A stretch of 60,898 nucleotides of DNA, counting the filler, from Blastocystis sp. subtype 4 (Eukaryota), in NCBI RefSeq assembly GCF_000743755.1. It is 5 parts of 5 records of this genome, joined end to end, with 100 filler letters (N's around TTAATTAATTAA, not from the genome) between each part and the next. Parts side by side here need not be neighbours in the genome. Positions count along the whole stretch, not along the records: positions 37,607 to 47,425 come from NW_014569200.1; positions 47,526 to 60,898 come from NW_014569195.1; 3 more parts are not named here. One strand, written 5' to 3'. Positions 37,507 to 49,574 of this stretch are shown here, piece after piece (positions within the stretch are counted from its first letter, which is position 1; every line of letters starts with the position of its first letter). The notes beneath the pieces were generated by a model. That model made no database searches. It was given only the letters and a program-made list of their open reading frames with translations, and was not told where the DNA came from. A program made the translations under genes and the position numbers.

Positions 37507-37606
37507 NNNNNNNNNNNNNNNNNNNNNNNNNNNNNNNNNNNNNNNNNNNNTTAATTAATTAANNNNNNNNNNNNNNNNNNNNNNNNNNNNNNNNNNNNNN
37601 NNNNNN
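37507..37606. other. Artificial contig linker
   Basis: N44-TTAATTAATTAA-N44. Confidence 0.97.
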
Positions 37607-37647
37607 TGCTGCTTCCGTTGCTCAGGCTACAATGGCTAATTCGGTTT
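37607..37647 (+). CDS. 3' fragment of an unidentified gene (AASVAQATMANSV); stop possibly completed by poly(A)
   Basis: Codon-first T37647 lies 5 nt before TGTTTGTT at 37652; frame assumed. Confidence 0.35.
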
Positions 37648-37789
37648 TGATTGTTTGTTAAAGGAAGTCACATCCCAGGTACTCACGAGAATGAAGGAGA
37701 GAGAACCATTGAAATGTGGTTTGGATTTGTCTTGACGATTTTCGATTTCTAAACTTATTCCTATTATTTGCTCTAGCTATTGGACCTCA

Positions 37790-39781
37790 ATGAAGTGCTC
37801 ACACTTTCAATTGTATCTGCTACTGATTTTGCTTATTTTAGTCCTTTCACAGTGTATTTATAATCCTTTTCTCTCATCCTAAGCATTCACATCCCTTCTT
37901 CATATTACTGATCTCCATTTCCTCAACAAGGATTCAAAGGGTTATCACAATCTATTGTTTCTGAATCACACTCTTCTGCCAACAATTCATCCGGACTATG
38001 TTGTCTTGAGTGGAGATTTGAGTCTTGGATATCGTATCCGTTTTATTTCTTCGAGTCAATTTCAACAATGGAATCTATACCAAAACATTTGGTCAAAACA
38101 AACCATTGTTCCTCTATCCCATTGGTTGGATGTCCCTGGAAACCATGACTACACACTCCACGAACTGTCAGAAGACTCTTGGGATATTGTTCAGTATTCG
38201 TCCATGGGAACTCAACTTCCTGTGTATGTACGAGTAATAACTGAGGATTTGTTCTGTATAGCAGGAGTCGATTCAACGTATTCTCCCAGCAAGTATGTTT
38301 ATCTTTCATAAAGTGTAGAAGTGCCATACTGGTTACAATTGTATGGATACATGAGTTCATCGATATTAAATACTCTTGAAAGAGAAATTCAAAGAAATAA
38401 GTACTGGATTGTTGATGTAATGATGATTAGTTGTTCGCGTGTTCTTGTTTTCAGCCATTTCCCTCTCAGTATGGTTAATACAGAGATGGTATTAAGAGTA
38501 TTCAAGAAGAATCGAGTGCATTGGCATCTAAGTGGCCATCTTCACAGCAACTATGGAGATGATTTTAGAGTATGAATAAGGAGAGTATTGAGACTAGATG
38601 CTTTATGATTCAAGTGTATGGGACTATGAACTTCCTTCTTATTCTTATGATTCACTGTATAGTTATTGAATCTATCTTATTCAGATATCGCCTTCTCATT
38701 GTTCAGGATACATGGGTTAGTGTATATTCGCAATCTCTAAGTACGATCCAAATCCATCCAATAATCATTCTTGTTCATCCTCCAGTATACATACTTATAT
38801 TCTCTAATTTAGTGCTTTTATTGTAATCCAGGCCGATCTATGGAGGAGTACCGACATTATCTTCTTCAACACAATCTCACACTTCAAATCTACTGGGGAT
38901 CAATTCATGATTTGCTTGACTGTACTCTTCAGCTTGATAAGACATTTCTATCATTAATCAACCCTTTGAATGAAACTCTTCATTCTCCCATAACACTGGA
39001 ATGGAACTGGAATCCACAATCGCTCTCTCCCTCAATTCATACTCTCGAAGTGACTGTGGTCTATAACCATGGAGAAGTGAAACGATCATGGAATGAGAGA
39101 CTGTTGTTCGATCTATCCACAGTCAGTTATATACAGATACCTAAACAAATGGAAGAGAATGTGAAAGAGCTTCAGTTCAAACAGCCATTGAGATGTGTGT
39201 ATGGTCAAGTCCTTGTTCTGATTCTGTTTTTATGGTTTTGGTATCAATCCAACAAGAATTCAAAGGAACGACCCTACCAATGGACTCGACTTCGACTTCT
39301 GTATTCCTACGGACTTCTGCATTTGTATGTACTGGGTATGCTTTCATTGTTCTGTGGAATCTATCTGTGTGGAAGTATACAAGGTGAAGTGTTTATTGCA
39401 TTTCAGTGGGGAAGCTTCACATGGAAAGATTCTGGTGGATGGGAATACGCTCATTGGCGAGATTTGACATTTTGGGCTTGGTATGAGTGTCTGTTATGTA
39501 TTCTACCCATGTTTGCTTACTGTATGTGTCATGTGAAGCGACCTGCATTCAAAACGACTTACAAGCTCATCTTATTTCGATTGATTGAATGGATTAGTTC
39601 TTGTATTCCTGTAGTGACCATATGTGGATTGTGGATTCTTCTGTTTCTCAATGTACCACTGAACGTTTTTCTTCTCTCATTCAATTTTACTTGGTTACCT
39701 CTGATTATTGTTGTATTTTCATTCAAGATGTGTGATCAACATGAATTTGTACCCCTAATTCCAGATGATAAACTGATCTAA
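37790..39781 (+). CDS. TMEM62-like metallophosphoesterase with C-terminal TMs
   Basis: Signal peptide, ITDLH, SGDL, WLDVPGNHD, FSHFP, LSGHLH, multi-TM C-terminus. Confidence 0.75.
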
Positions 39782-40042
39782 TGAGTAGTCTGTGTTATGT
39801 TGAATAAACCTGTGATTTCATATGATAATTTGACAAGCGATTGAGTCCTTAATCACTACTACAATCCTTATCATTCATGATGTCTACTGTATCAGTTAAA
39901 CACCAAAACCTTAACAGTTGGCAGCTTATATCGTTTTGTGTTATTGTTCCATATTTCGAATTCCTCTATCAATTCTTACTGAAAGCACTTCCATTATAAC
40001 AAACATCTCACCAATCCCTTGTAATGTACAAATAGTTTATAA

Positions 40043-41088
40043 TTAGTAACCGCAGAGCTCCTTGTCTGTTGTCTCATCAAGAGCATATTCCATCCACGAT
40101 CCATCGTACACTGCACAACTATTGATTAGACCTCCTTCACATCCTTACTGTCCTTCAAGAGGGCGACCGAGCAGACACATTGCAAACAGATTCACACAAG
40201 AAGACATTCCATAATCACAAGTGAAGACCATTATCTCAGGCTCGTTGACAAACACTCCATGCTTCTCGAAGATGGTTTTCAATTCCTGGGGACTGCGAAT
40301 CATATAATTGTTGTAAGGATCTGTGAGGTAGTGGAAAGGGATGTTTACACTTCCAGGAATGTGACCTCGGGGGATATTGGGAATTGGGACATGACAAGTA
40401 CCATTGAAACAACAATCTCGACGGGCATCAATAGCAGTTCTCTTTAAGAGACCATTTTTATAATCCTTCACATGTTGTTTCATGTCCTCAGTTGTGAAGA
40501 CCATAGAATAGTCTGTATCCAATGTAAATAAACCCTTGCTCACACCAATGCTTTTGCCAGACTCCATCGGATACTTCTCCGTTTCCCAACGAATCAAACC
40601 ACCATTCATCACATGGATCTTCATATTCTTGTTGAAAACACGGAACATGAACCATGCCCTTGCAGAACTGTAAATACCCTGAGTGTCGTACAAGACTACC
40701 TCATCCTTGTCATTGATACCCAGATTCTCGATTGCCTCCTTGAACATTTCAGGGGTAGGTAACTTCTTGATCTTCTCAGGACCCTTCTCACACACAGTTT
40801 CCAAGTCCAGGAACTGAGCTCCAGGAAGATGCCTCTAAGAGATAAACAATCACAGTTCAGTTTCAACTTCCAGGAATTCGGCCTTCGAGTCCTTATGTGG
40901 TGAGATGTGTCGAGTTGTATCAACAATTTTCACATCTCCCAGTCGATTGTACACCCATTCAGTTGAAACAAGAGCTACATGCATCATTTCCATTCTCTCA
41001 GTGACTTACCACTATTGGCCGAATAGAAACTGAAAGAGCGGGTAAAAGGAATAATCTTAAGGTTCCTTGCTAGTTTAGTAGCAAACAT
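40043..41088 (-). CDS. Tandem-rhodanese sulfurtransferase (MST/TST-like) with presequence
   Basis: LVSTEW, HLPGA..LD, SARAWFMFR, GGL..W, IDAR, GHIPGS.NIPF, YDGSWMEY. Confidence 0.9.
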
Positions 41089-41514
41089 TCGTGTTCTAGT
41101 GATAACAGTTGAAGTTGTGGCAACATAACACATGGGCGTTTCACCAATTACCGGAAAAACACCTTGTTTTCTGTCATATGGTAAACAACTCTATCTCGTA
41201 TCCTGTGAATAGAATAAGACGATTATTACCTATTCGCCATGATATTGAAAGTGGGGGTCAGGACCCTCATTCCTTCTTAATCATCAGATATGGTGAAACG
41301 ACTGTACTGACTGTTTATAATCATTCTTAGAGAGATTATCCTTTGAAGCTGTTATTTGGTTGTCATTGTTCCATCGTTGCCAAACATCTTTATTGTTGAT
41401 CTTTTGTCATATTCATTCTATTCGAGAATAGATAACAACAAAACAACATGTTATCAGTTGAATAAATGAAACCGCGGTAATTGTATTCACTTGCCAACAG
41501 TAATAGAAAGCGTA

Positions 41515-42662
41515 ATGGAGACCGAAGTTGATATTCCTGAACCTACTCTGAATCATATCATAAATAGTGAGACTATTAAGTGGTTTGAAATGAAGGAACG
41601 GAATAAATGATAGGATCTTTGTAGGAGGAAAAGGAGGTGTAGGAAAGACTACTACTTCTTGTTCTCTTGCAACACAATTGGCATTAAAGAGAAAAAGCGT
41701 ACTGATTGTCTCCACGGATCCCGCTCATAATCTAAGGTATCTCTATTGATCATGTATATTGTTCTAGTGATGCTTTTAAACAGAAGTTCACAGGACATCC
41801 TCTTAAGGTGAATGGATTTGATAATTTGTATTGTATGGAAATTGAATCAAATCCACAAGTGTGTACGTAGTTTTCTGTGCGATCAATTGAAGCATTAAAG
41901 AGCATGATGAGCATTCCAGGCATGAGTGATGAAACTGGAAGCAAGCTGAATGACCTTATTGGAGATTTGTCAACTTCAATTCCAGGAATCGACGAAGCAA
42001 TGTCCTTTAGCGAATTGATGAAGCAAGTTCAAGACATGGAATATGATGTTGTGGTGTTCGATACTGCTCCTACAGGTCATACGTTGCGTCTTCTTTCCTT
42101 CCCGTCAATGTTGGAATCATCTTTGGAGAAGGTTGATGGGTTGAGTAACAGCTTTGGTGGAATTATGAATCAAATTACTTCCTTGTTGGGAGGTAGTGGA
42201 CTCCCTCTGGATGATCTAAAGAACAAATTAAGTGACATGAAGACAACCATTCACAAGGTTTCGGAACGTTTCAAGAACGCACAGGAAACAACATTCGTTT
42301 GTGTTTGTATTCCAGAATTCTTGAGTGTGTATGAAACAGAACGTCTTGTACAGCAGCTAACCAAATATGGAATCAATGTGAATTCAGTTGTGATCAATCA
42401 GGTCGGTGGCATGGTGCTGGGATTTAGAGTGTAGATCGTATTCCCTGATTGTGATTCATGCTGTAAGAAGTGTATTGCTCGTCGAAAGATGCAGAATCGG
42501 TACATTGATCAAATCTTTGATCTGTTCCAGGATTTCCACATTCTTCTGATTCCACAGCTGACTGAAGAGGTACGAGGTGTGAACTCAATTCGTTCATTTT
42601 CTGAACATTTGATCAAAGAATACAATCCAGAAGAACATGGAGAAATGTTGGATGTAGAGTAA
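41515..42662 (+). CDS. ASNA1: Get3/TRC40 ATPase
   Basis: [51 protein letters not shown], CxxC. Confidence 0.96.
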
Positions 42663-42845
42663 CAGTCTTTGTTTAAAAGAGACACATGGTAAAGGGAATA
42701 CATTTTAGAGTATCCAGATATGTAGACAATTCTATACACATTACAATGTGGATCTAAATACGTCGTTTGGAGAGACCAGTTACCTGTCTATTATTGTACT
42801 GAATGAAGACCAGTATAACAAACAAAAGAAAAGACATGTTATAAC

Positions 42846-45405
42846 TTACGCTTTATGAGGTGATTTCACAGGAGTACATACCCTAGAATGAATGAGAATG
42901 ATAGTCGATTACCTTTGCAGGACTTGAGTGAGTACAGTAGAATAGTCAGAATCATCAGAACTATTCCATTCTTCTTCTGAGGATGGTGATTCATTATTGT
43001 TCCTATCCATTGATTCTTTCTTTCTAATTGTGATGATCAACAATCAATTCTACTGCTTATTGATAAACAGAAAGATGAAGTAAGATGCAACAGTAATATT
43101 GACAAATGGAGACTGAAGCAGTTCTATGGATAAGCAGTTCATAAACACAAGAACGGGTTAGTAACGTATTGAAGTGAATAGCAATAGACTGGAGATATTC
43201 AATAACGAGAATAGGAATTAAGGGATTGGATTCTGATGAAGAGAAGTATTGTGATTTGAAGTCCTCTATCGTTCCATTGACAATTTGAGTATTGTTGACC
43301 TGTTGAAGAAGATGGTGAGATTCTTGAGGTTTGTTTATGGATTTAGGAGAGGACTCAGGAATAGGATCAATAGTGGATTCTGGAATGGGTTCAAGAGTAG
43401 GTTCAAGAACAGGCTCTGAAGTAGATGGAGGGATAGGTTCAGAAGTGGGCTCATAAGTAGGTTCCATCATGGGTTCAAGAATGGGTTCAAGAGCAGAGTC
43501 AGAAATAGATGTAGGAATAGATTCAGAAGTGGGCTCAATAATGGGTTCAGAAATCGATACAGGAATGGGATCAGAAATAGGTTCAGTAACAGGATCAGGA
43601 GTGGATTCAAGAATCGGTTCAGTAATAGGATCAGGAGTAGGTTCAAGAACAGGCTCTGAAGAAGACGCAGGAATAGGATCAGGAATAGGATCAGGAATAG
43701 GATCAGTAATAGGATCAGTAATAGGATCAGTAATAGGATCAGGAGTGGGTTCAGGAATAGGATCAGGAACAGGATCAGTAATAGGATCAGGAGTGGGTTC
43801 AGGAATAGGATCAGTAATAGGATCAGTAACAGGATCAGTAATAGGATCAGTAATAGGATCAGTAATAGGATCAGGAGTGGGTTCAGGAATAGGATCAGTA
43901 ATAGGATCAGGAATAGGATCAGTAATAGGATCAGTAATAGGATCAGTAATAGGATCAGGAGTGGGTTCAGTAATAGGATCAGGAACAGGATCAGGAATAG
44001 GATCAGGAGTGGGTTCAGGAATAGGATCAGTAATAGGATCAGTAATAGGATCAGGAGTAGATTCAAGAACAGGCTCAGGAGTTGGTACAAACAATTGCTC
44101 TTCATATGTCTCGTAACTATCAGTATGTTCCATCCATTGACTACGTCTCTCTTCCATGTGTTTCCGTTGAATATCTTCCGTTTCGACAGACTCAGGAACT
44201 ATATCGACCTTTTCCGTATCATCTTCCTTGCTCTGTTCAGATTCAAATACAGATTCAGTTCGATCATTCCTTATCCATTTCCATATCTCACCTGCTTTTG
44301 TTGTTACTCCATCTTTCTATAGATCATTCCATTTTATGATAACTTACAAACTCAACGACATACTCACTGAATGATGAAACAGTTGAACAAACGTCCTTAG
44401 GAGGAGTACTACTAATGGACGATACAACGGGGTACTTCTTAAGTACCAGAGACATAGAATCAGAACACATAACCCAGAGATACACACCTACTAACACTGC
44501 CAATACGGCCAACAGCATAAACGAACAGCGAATGCAGGTACAATACCAGCATTTCTTCTTGGGAATCACTTCCATAGCTTCGACTGGAGAGGGAACTGAT
44601 ATGGGTTGTTCTTGTTCAATAGAAGGAATGGTGAAGTCGTTTTCCATTGATTCAATCTGCTCAACATGCTCATTCACCAACTGACGTAACTCTGAAGAAA
44701 AAGGGTAACATTCATCCACTGCTTGAATCCCATATGCAAGAGTCAGCAGGCGATAGTAATTCTTATACAAATGATCTTTCGGCCATTCCAGCATCACATC
44801 AATACCTCGAAGAGCAAATGAGATGATAGAATGATCTACTGTTCAAACTGGAAAGAAATGATACCAAATTCACTTTCAGAAACAATTTTTAGAAGGATCG
44901 TTGGAGAAATGTCCTCGCTTAGACAGTTCCTCAATACAATAAGGAACAATTCCTCGGTAGCACAATTTACATCCTAGTAATTACACCAGCATACTGTGAA
45001 AACATCATCAGCACAAATGAGACACTGAATCACAACAGGTAAAATCCTGCTAAATTCTAATGAGAATAAAGACTGAAGACTTTCACAACATCTCCCAAAT
45101 AGGTGAAACATGTTTACAACAGGAGGAACAATTCCTCCATTAATACATTCTGTGATGCGAGCCTACAAGATTAAGACAACTTATCAAAGGATACTTCGAA
45201 TGGAGACATCACTCTCACAACAGTCTCTTTATCTAACATTTCTGAACATTCCGTAATATTGTTGATAATTATATCCGATAAGTGAGTCCATTCATCTTCT
45301 GATTCTGCTTTACAGTACTCAATAATTGCTCTACACATAATCATTTCCTTCTAAACAATAATACGATGACAGCTCTTGTAGTTTTGAGTTCTCATTTATC
45401 ACCAT
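42846..45405 (-). CDS. Hypothetical membrane protein: N-terminal helical domain, TM, acidic Pro/Thr-rich (PDPI/TDPI) repeat stalk, second TM
   Basis: Exons joined by ~23-34-nt introns into one frame through the repeat ORF. Confidence 0.6.
43610..44080. repeat. Coding minisatellite, 12-bp unit (ggatcagtaata / ggatcaggaata / ggttcaggagtg variants)
   Basis: Directly visible tandem array; more degenerate copies extend to about 43350. Confidence 0.95.
45163..45194 (-). other. Candidate U12-type GT-AG intron (32 nt)
   Basis: GTATCCTTT donor and GTCTTAAT branch-like site close to the acceptor. Confidence 0.55.
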
Positions 45406-45531
45406 TGTTGAGATATTGCTACAAATAGAAACATATGAAAATGAAGCTATTTCTGGAAAACTTGGATCGCTAGAATTATCTCATTCCCGTTAAACTCGTT
45501 CTCTTTTCACAATCGATTATCAACAAAGGTA

Positions 45532-46207
45532 ATGGGAGCTAGTCAGTCTTCCTACGAGGACGAATATGATGAGAATGAGAATGGAGCAGATGAAATGGAG
45601 AATAACGAGATGCCTGTGAAAGTACATTTTCATTTCTCTTTCATGAGTTATAGATCAGTGACGCGCTGTTGAGTCGAATGTCGCACTATGTGGAAGAGAA
45701 AACTGGAAAGACAGAGGTGGAAGAAGAAGAAGAAGAACCAACGGAAGACACAGAAACTGAAGAAGAAAATAACCCAGACTATTTCCAAGAAGTGATGTTC
45801 GTCATTGTTGAAGAATTCATATGTAGGGGTATAATAAATAATGTCCAAATTCCATATGAAGTATGATTTAATTTGTGTTTTAACCGTAGGAGACGGAATC
45901 AGAACAAATGGAACAGGAAACGTTCAAATAATTCTATAAGATAATCTATAGGGAGTCAATGCTTGACACTCATGATACCGAGTCGGTTGAGGAAGATGAG
46001 ATGATATCGTCTATTGATTCGGTTATTGATAGGACAAGCAATGAAGTTGCTATTGAGTTGTTTTAGATTGTTCGTGTAACTAGTAGTCATGTGAAGGAAA
46101 AACCATGTGAAAAGGAAATGAATCTCTTTTCAGAATGTCTGACTCAGGGTAATAAATGTGACGAATTTGAAGATAGCTATTTTAAGTGTATTGAATCGAT
46201 GCATTAG
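45532..46207 (+). CDS. Mic19/CHCHD3-like MICOS subunit
   Basis: MGASQS myristoylation motif, VKISDALLSRM, C-terminal twin CX9C; five ~30-nt introns. Confidence 0.7.
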
Positions 46208-46315
46208 AACTTGTTGTTTTCTAAACCTTTTTATTCAACCTCTATATCATTCCATAAACATAGATAGATATCTCAAACACATTCCATTCTTTTGAGGATA
46301 CTGGTTTTTGTAAAT

Positions 46316-47260
46316 ATGGAACCTACAGCATCGAAAGAAGAAGGAAAGGAGAATGACAATCAGTATTTCCAATTCTTTTGTTTTTGAGTTACAGACTATT
46401 ATCCTTGCGTGCTGAATATACGAAACTGTTTGCTGAAGTCAAAGAAGTATAGATCCTTTGTGACCCTTATGGATAGCTTGAGAATGTGTATTATTTGTTG
46501 AAACTAGAAATTACTTCCTTAAGCTGTGAAAAGGACTTTCTTCTGAGCTCTTTAGACGAAATCGATGCATTGATCTTTAAAAAGCAAGAGGAATCGGGTC
46601 TTCATGGAGCTGACCCCAATCTGAAACGTTGTAGTCCTCCAGACGAATCTCTCTCTGCAAAGAAGCGGAAAATAGAAAAGGAACTATTAGATTCTGCTCA
46701 GGTACCGATTCCAGAAGTCAAGAAAGAAGATACGGTAGTCATGTATACCTTTTTCGATTATAGACACGGTCTCCTGGGAAGCAGGGGGATTCTATATCTC
46801 CTTCTGCTGATTTCAGTTCGTCTGTATGATTGTGATTGTATGTTTATTCTAGGGTCCTCAGAAACCATATTTTGATCCAAAGAAGTATGGAGGTTATCCA
46901 TACCAACCCAATCCATATGCAACCTTACCAGCGAATCCACCTACAGGAGCTTTGCGTTTTCCCTATGGATCCCAACTTCAACACATCGACGGTCAGCCTC
47001 TAACTCAAGCTTTTGCTCCCAACCCTCCCTATGTACAGATGCTTCCGTTGGTGAATCAGGCAAACTATGGAAGTGATGGTCGTTACCCAATTCCACCTGG
47101 GTCATTTTCAGTGTTGTCTCCACAGTCACCGTATTATTATGTAAATCCAGCACAGCAGATAGATCGTCCTCATGATCTTAATGATCCATATGTGGCTATT
47201 CCTGTCCCTAGAGCATCAGTTCCAGGAACAGCCCCTTTTGTTCCATCACCTAGTAAATGA
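46316..47260 (+). CDS. Hypothetical protein (coiled coil plus Pro/Tyr/Gln-rich tail)
   Basis: Exon ORFs separated by short introns; KKRK NLS-like stretch. Confidence 0.55.
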
Positions 47261-47335
47261 ATGTGTTTCAGTCACCTGTTTCTATTATACATGCTTATTC
47301 CTTGAACAAATAGTCATGAAAAACAATCATTCTAT

Positions 47336-47425
47336 TCACTTGGTTGCTGCTTGTTGTTGTTTCAACTGAGCTTTCTTCACTTCAATCATCTACCCTTTAT
47401 CCTTGGAAGAATTACTCACTTGTTG
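47336..47425 (-). CDS. 3' fragment of an unidentified gene
   Basis: QQ, 30-nt intron, then MIEVKKAQLKQQQAATK*. Confidence 0.4.
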
Positions 47426-47525
47426 NNNNNNNNNNNNNNNNNNNNNNNNNNNNNNNNNNNNNNNNNNNNTTAATTAATTAANNNNNNNNNNNNNNNNNNN
47501 NNNNNNNNNNNNNNNNNNNNNNNNN
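47426..47525. other. Artificial contig linker
   Basis: N44-TTAATTAATTAA-N44. Confidence 0.97.
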
Positions 47526-47610
47526 GTATATTCAAGCTTGTTGTGCTACAACTGGAGATGGTCTTTATGAGGGTCTTGATTGGCTTTCTGATATCATGTC
47601 TAAGAAGTAA
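47526..47610 (+). CDS. ARF1: Arf1 second copy, 3' fragment
   Basis: [27 protein letters not shown], nucleotide-identical to the reverse complement of 51668-51752. Confidence 0.9.
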
Positions 47611-47715
47611 CTTTGCTGCATTTGTTTTGTTTGTTTGATTCATTAGATTTTATCAGGTAGTTGTTTGTGTTAATCGTGGAATTGTCATTTGTTTGTATTT
47701 TGGTAATGAATTGAG

Positions 47716-49499
47716 ATGTTCACTTCATTGAGAAGGTTAGATCAACTTCCTCACTGTGTTGCGAAGTGTTCATCGGTGTATTATTTGAGGAAAGTAGGAA
47801 TTGTCTCCTTCAATCGATTCGCTGGTGACTGTCAACAGAACCAAGATGGAAATCATAGAGAGTCTCAAATGTTGTTTCTACGGTGATCATTTACTTCTAG
47901 TCCCGAACTGTATGAAATTTATAAGGGAAAACGAAGGGGATTGCACTATGATGATGAAACAAAAAGGATTACTTCATCCAGGAATGTCATAGATGTGGTT
48001 TTTCTTTATTATGTAGTCGCTGAATTGGAAATTATTAACTGACACTGCGAATTTGAAAGAAACAACTAGAATCAAGTTGTCTGAGGTTTTCCTTCCTCGA
48101 GTAGTCTTCTTTGTCGTATTTGAATTAGGGATATCCATCAACCGTAAAGGGAAAGTATCTTCAGTATTGTTCCTGGGCCGCCTTTGGAATGGGCTTGAGT
48201 GCAGCAGGAGGTGTTCTCAGTACACAGTCTATGCTGTACCCATTTATATCTTATCTAATGAGGTAGATTCGCTGTTGGGATGGGTGCAGGGTCCATTCCG
48301 ATGGCTGCTGCTCTAAACTGGGTTTTAAAGGATGGTTTAGGTCAGTTGGGAGGAATGGCATTTACGGCGTTGGAATAGTTCATATTGCTAATATGTAGAC
48401 TTGTGAATAGTCGTCTTGATGCTGATTCCCGTGGCTGGCGGATCCTAGCAGCTTGGCTTCTGGAGATATCTACATGGTTAGAAGTGCTTACTCCGTTGTT
48501 CCCTCGTTATTTCCTCTTCTTTGCCACACTTGCTAATGTGGGGAAGAACATCAGTTGGTTAGCTGGAAGTGCTACACGGGCTGGTATTCGCTATGGGTTT
48601 GTGAATGCCCACAATATGGGAGATCTTACGGCCAAGGAAGGATCTCAGACAGTGGCTATCACTGTTTTCGGCACGTTTCTTGGAATCCTTCTTTCTAATT
48701 GGATTGGTTCTGGTCATATGGAATATGTGGTGATGTCGAGTCTGTGCATTAGTTCCATCTCTCTCTTTTGTATCTATCGATCATTACATTGCGTTAGTCT
48801 TCCTACGATCAACTATCAAGTGGCATATGATTGAACTGACTCAGTATTAGAGAGGAGAGATCGTTACTTCGCACTACTTGAATACGGGAGACATTTTATC
48901 ACCCGAAAGTGTGGGTAACATGGAACGATTCTATTTGCCGTATCTGAGGGTAAAGAGTGATGATGGAACTAATAAACGTTCTGTGGTTGTAGGCGTTCCA
49001 TTGAAAACAACCCTTTCGATTACGAAAAGTGCTAGCGAAATGAGGGAGTATTTGAGTATCTTTGAGAAGGAGCACTATATCGTCAGTTGTTGCTCCTATG
49101 TAACGTGTTCATATGATTTCTGATATAGAAACAAGGATTATTTCGTTCGATTGTCAACCATGAGCGCAGAAGGAAGACAATTATTGGAATCACATTGAAG
49201 GAAGATGCTACGTTTGACTGTATTGTATTGTTGATGGACTAGTCCAGAGGACCAATTGAAAGCCTACTATCACGCTCATGTACTGAGAAAAGAAATTCAG
49301 TCCGTTCAGGACCTCTCGTTTGATATCCAGAAACAACTGAGTATTAAATCTATGAATGGTTGGCCTAGACACAAAGTAACATGTAGATGTAACCGCAACA
49401 TATGAAGTTTTTCGTTCCAAACTGCAATCCGCAGGATGGAATTGCAATGATCTGTTTTTAGAAGAAAAGAGCCAACGTTTTAACTATGGGGATAAATGA
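47716..49499 (+). CDS. RUS1/C16orf58 (DUF647) family protein
   Basis: FLP.GYP.TV...[34 protein letters not shown]; start approximate. Confidence 0.85.
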
Positions 49500-49574
49500 A
49501 TTGTGTTTGGTAAGCATGAATCGTTGATTATTAAAGAAATCACTTTACTTGTTCACCCCTCACTTATCATCACA

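Noticed and set aside
43610..44080. CRISPR-like array
   Set aside because: Contiguous tandem units with no unique spacers, in a eukaryotic coding context
43467..44116. Poly-Leu/Ile ORF and Gly/Ser-rich antisense ORF
   Set aside because: Stop-free shadow frames of the 12-bp repeat; only the PDPI frame splices to the flanking exons
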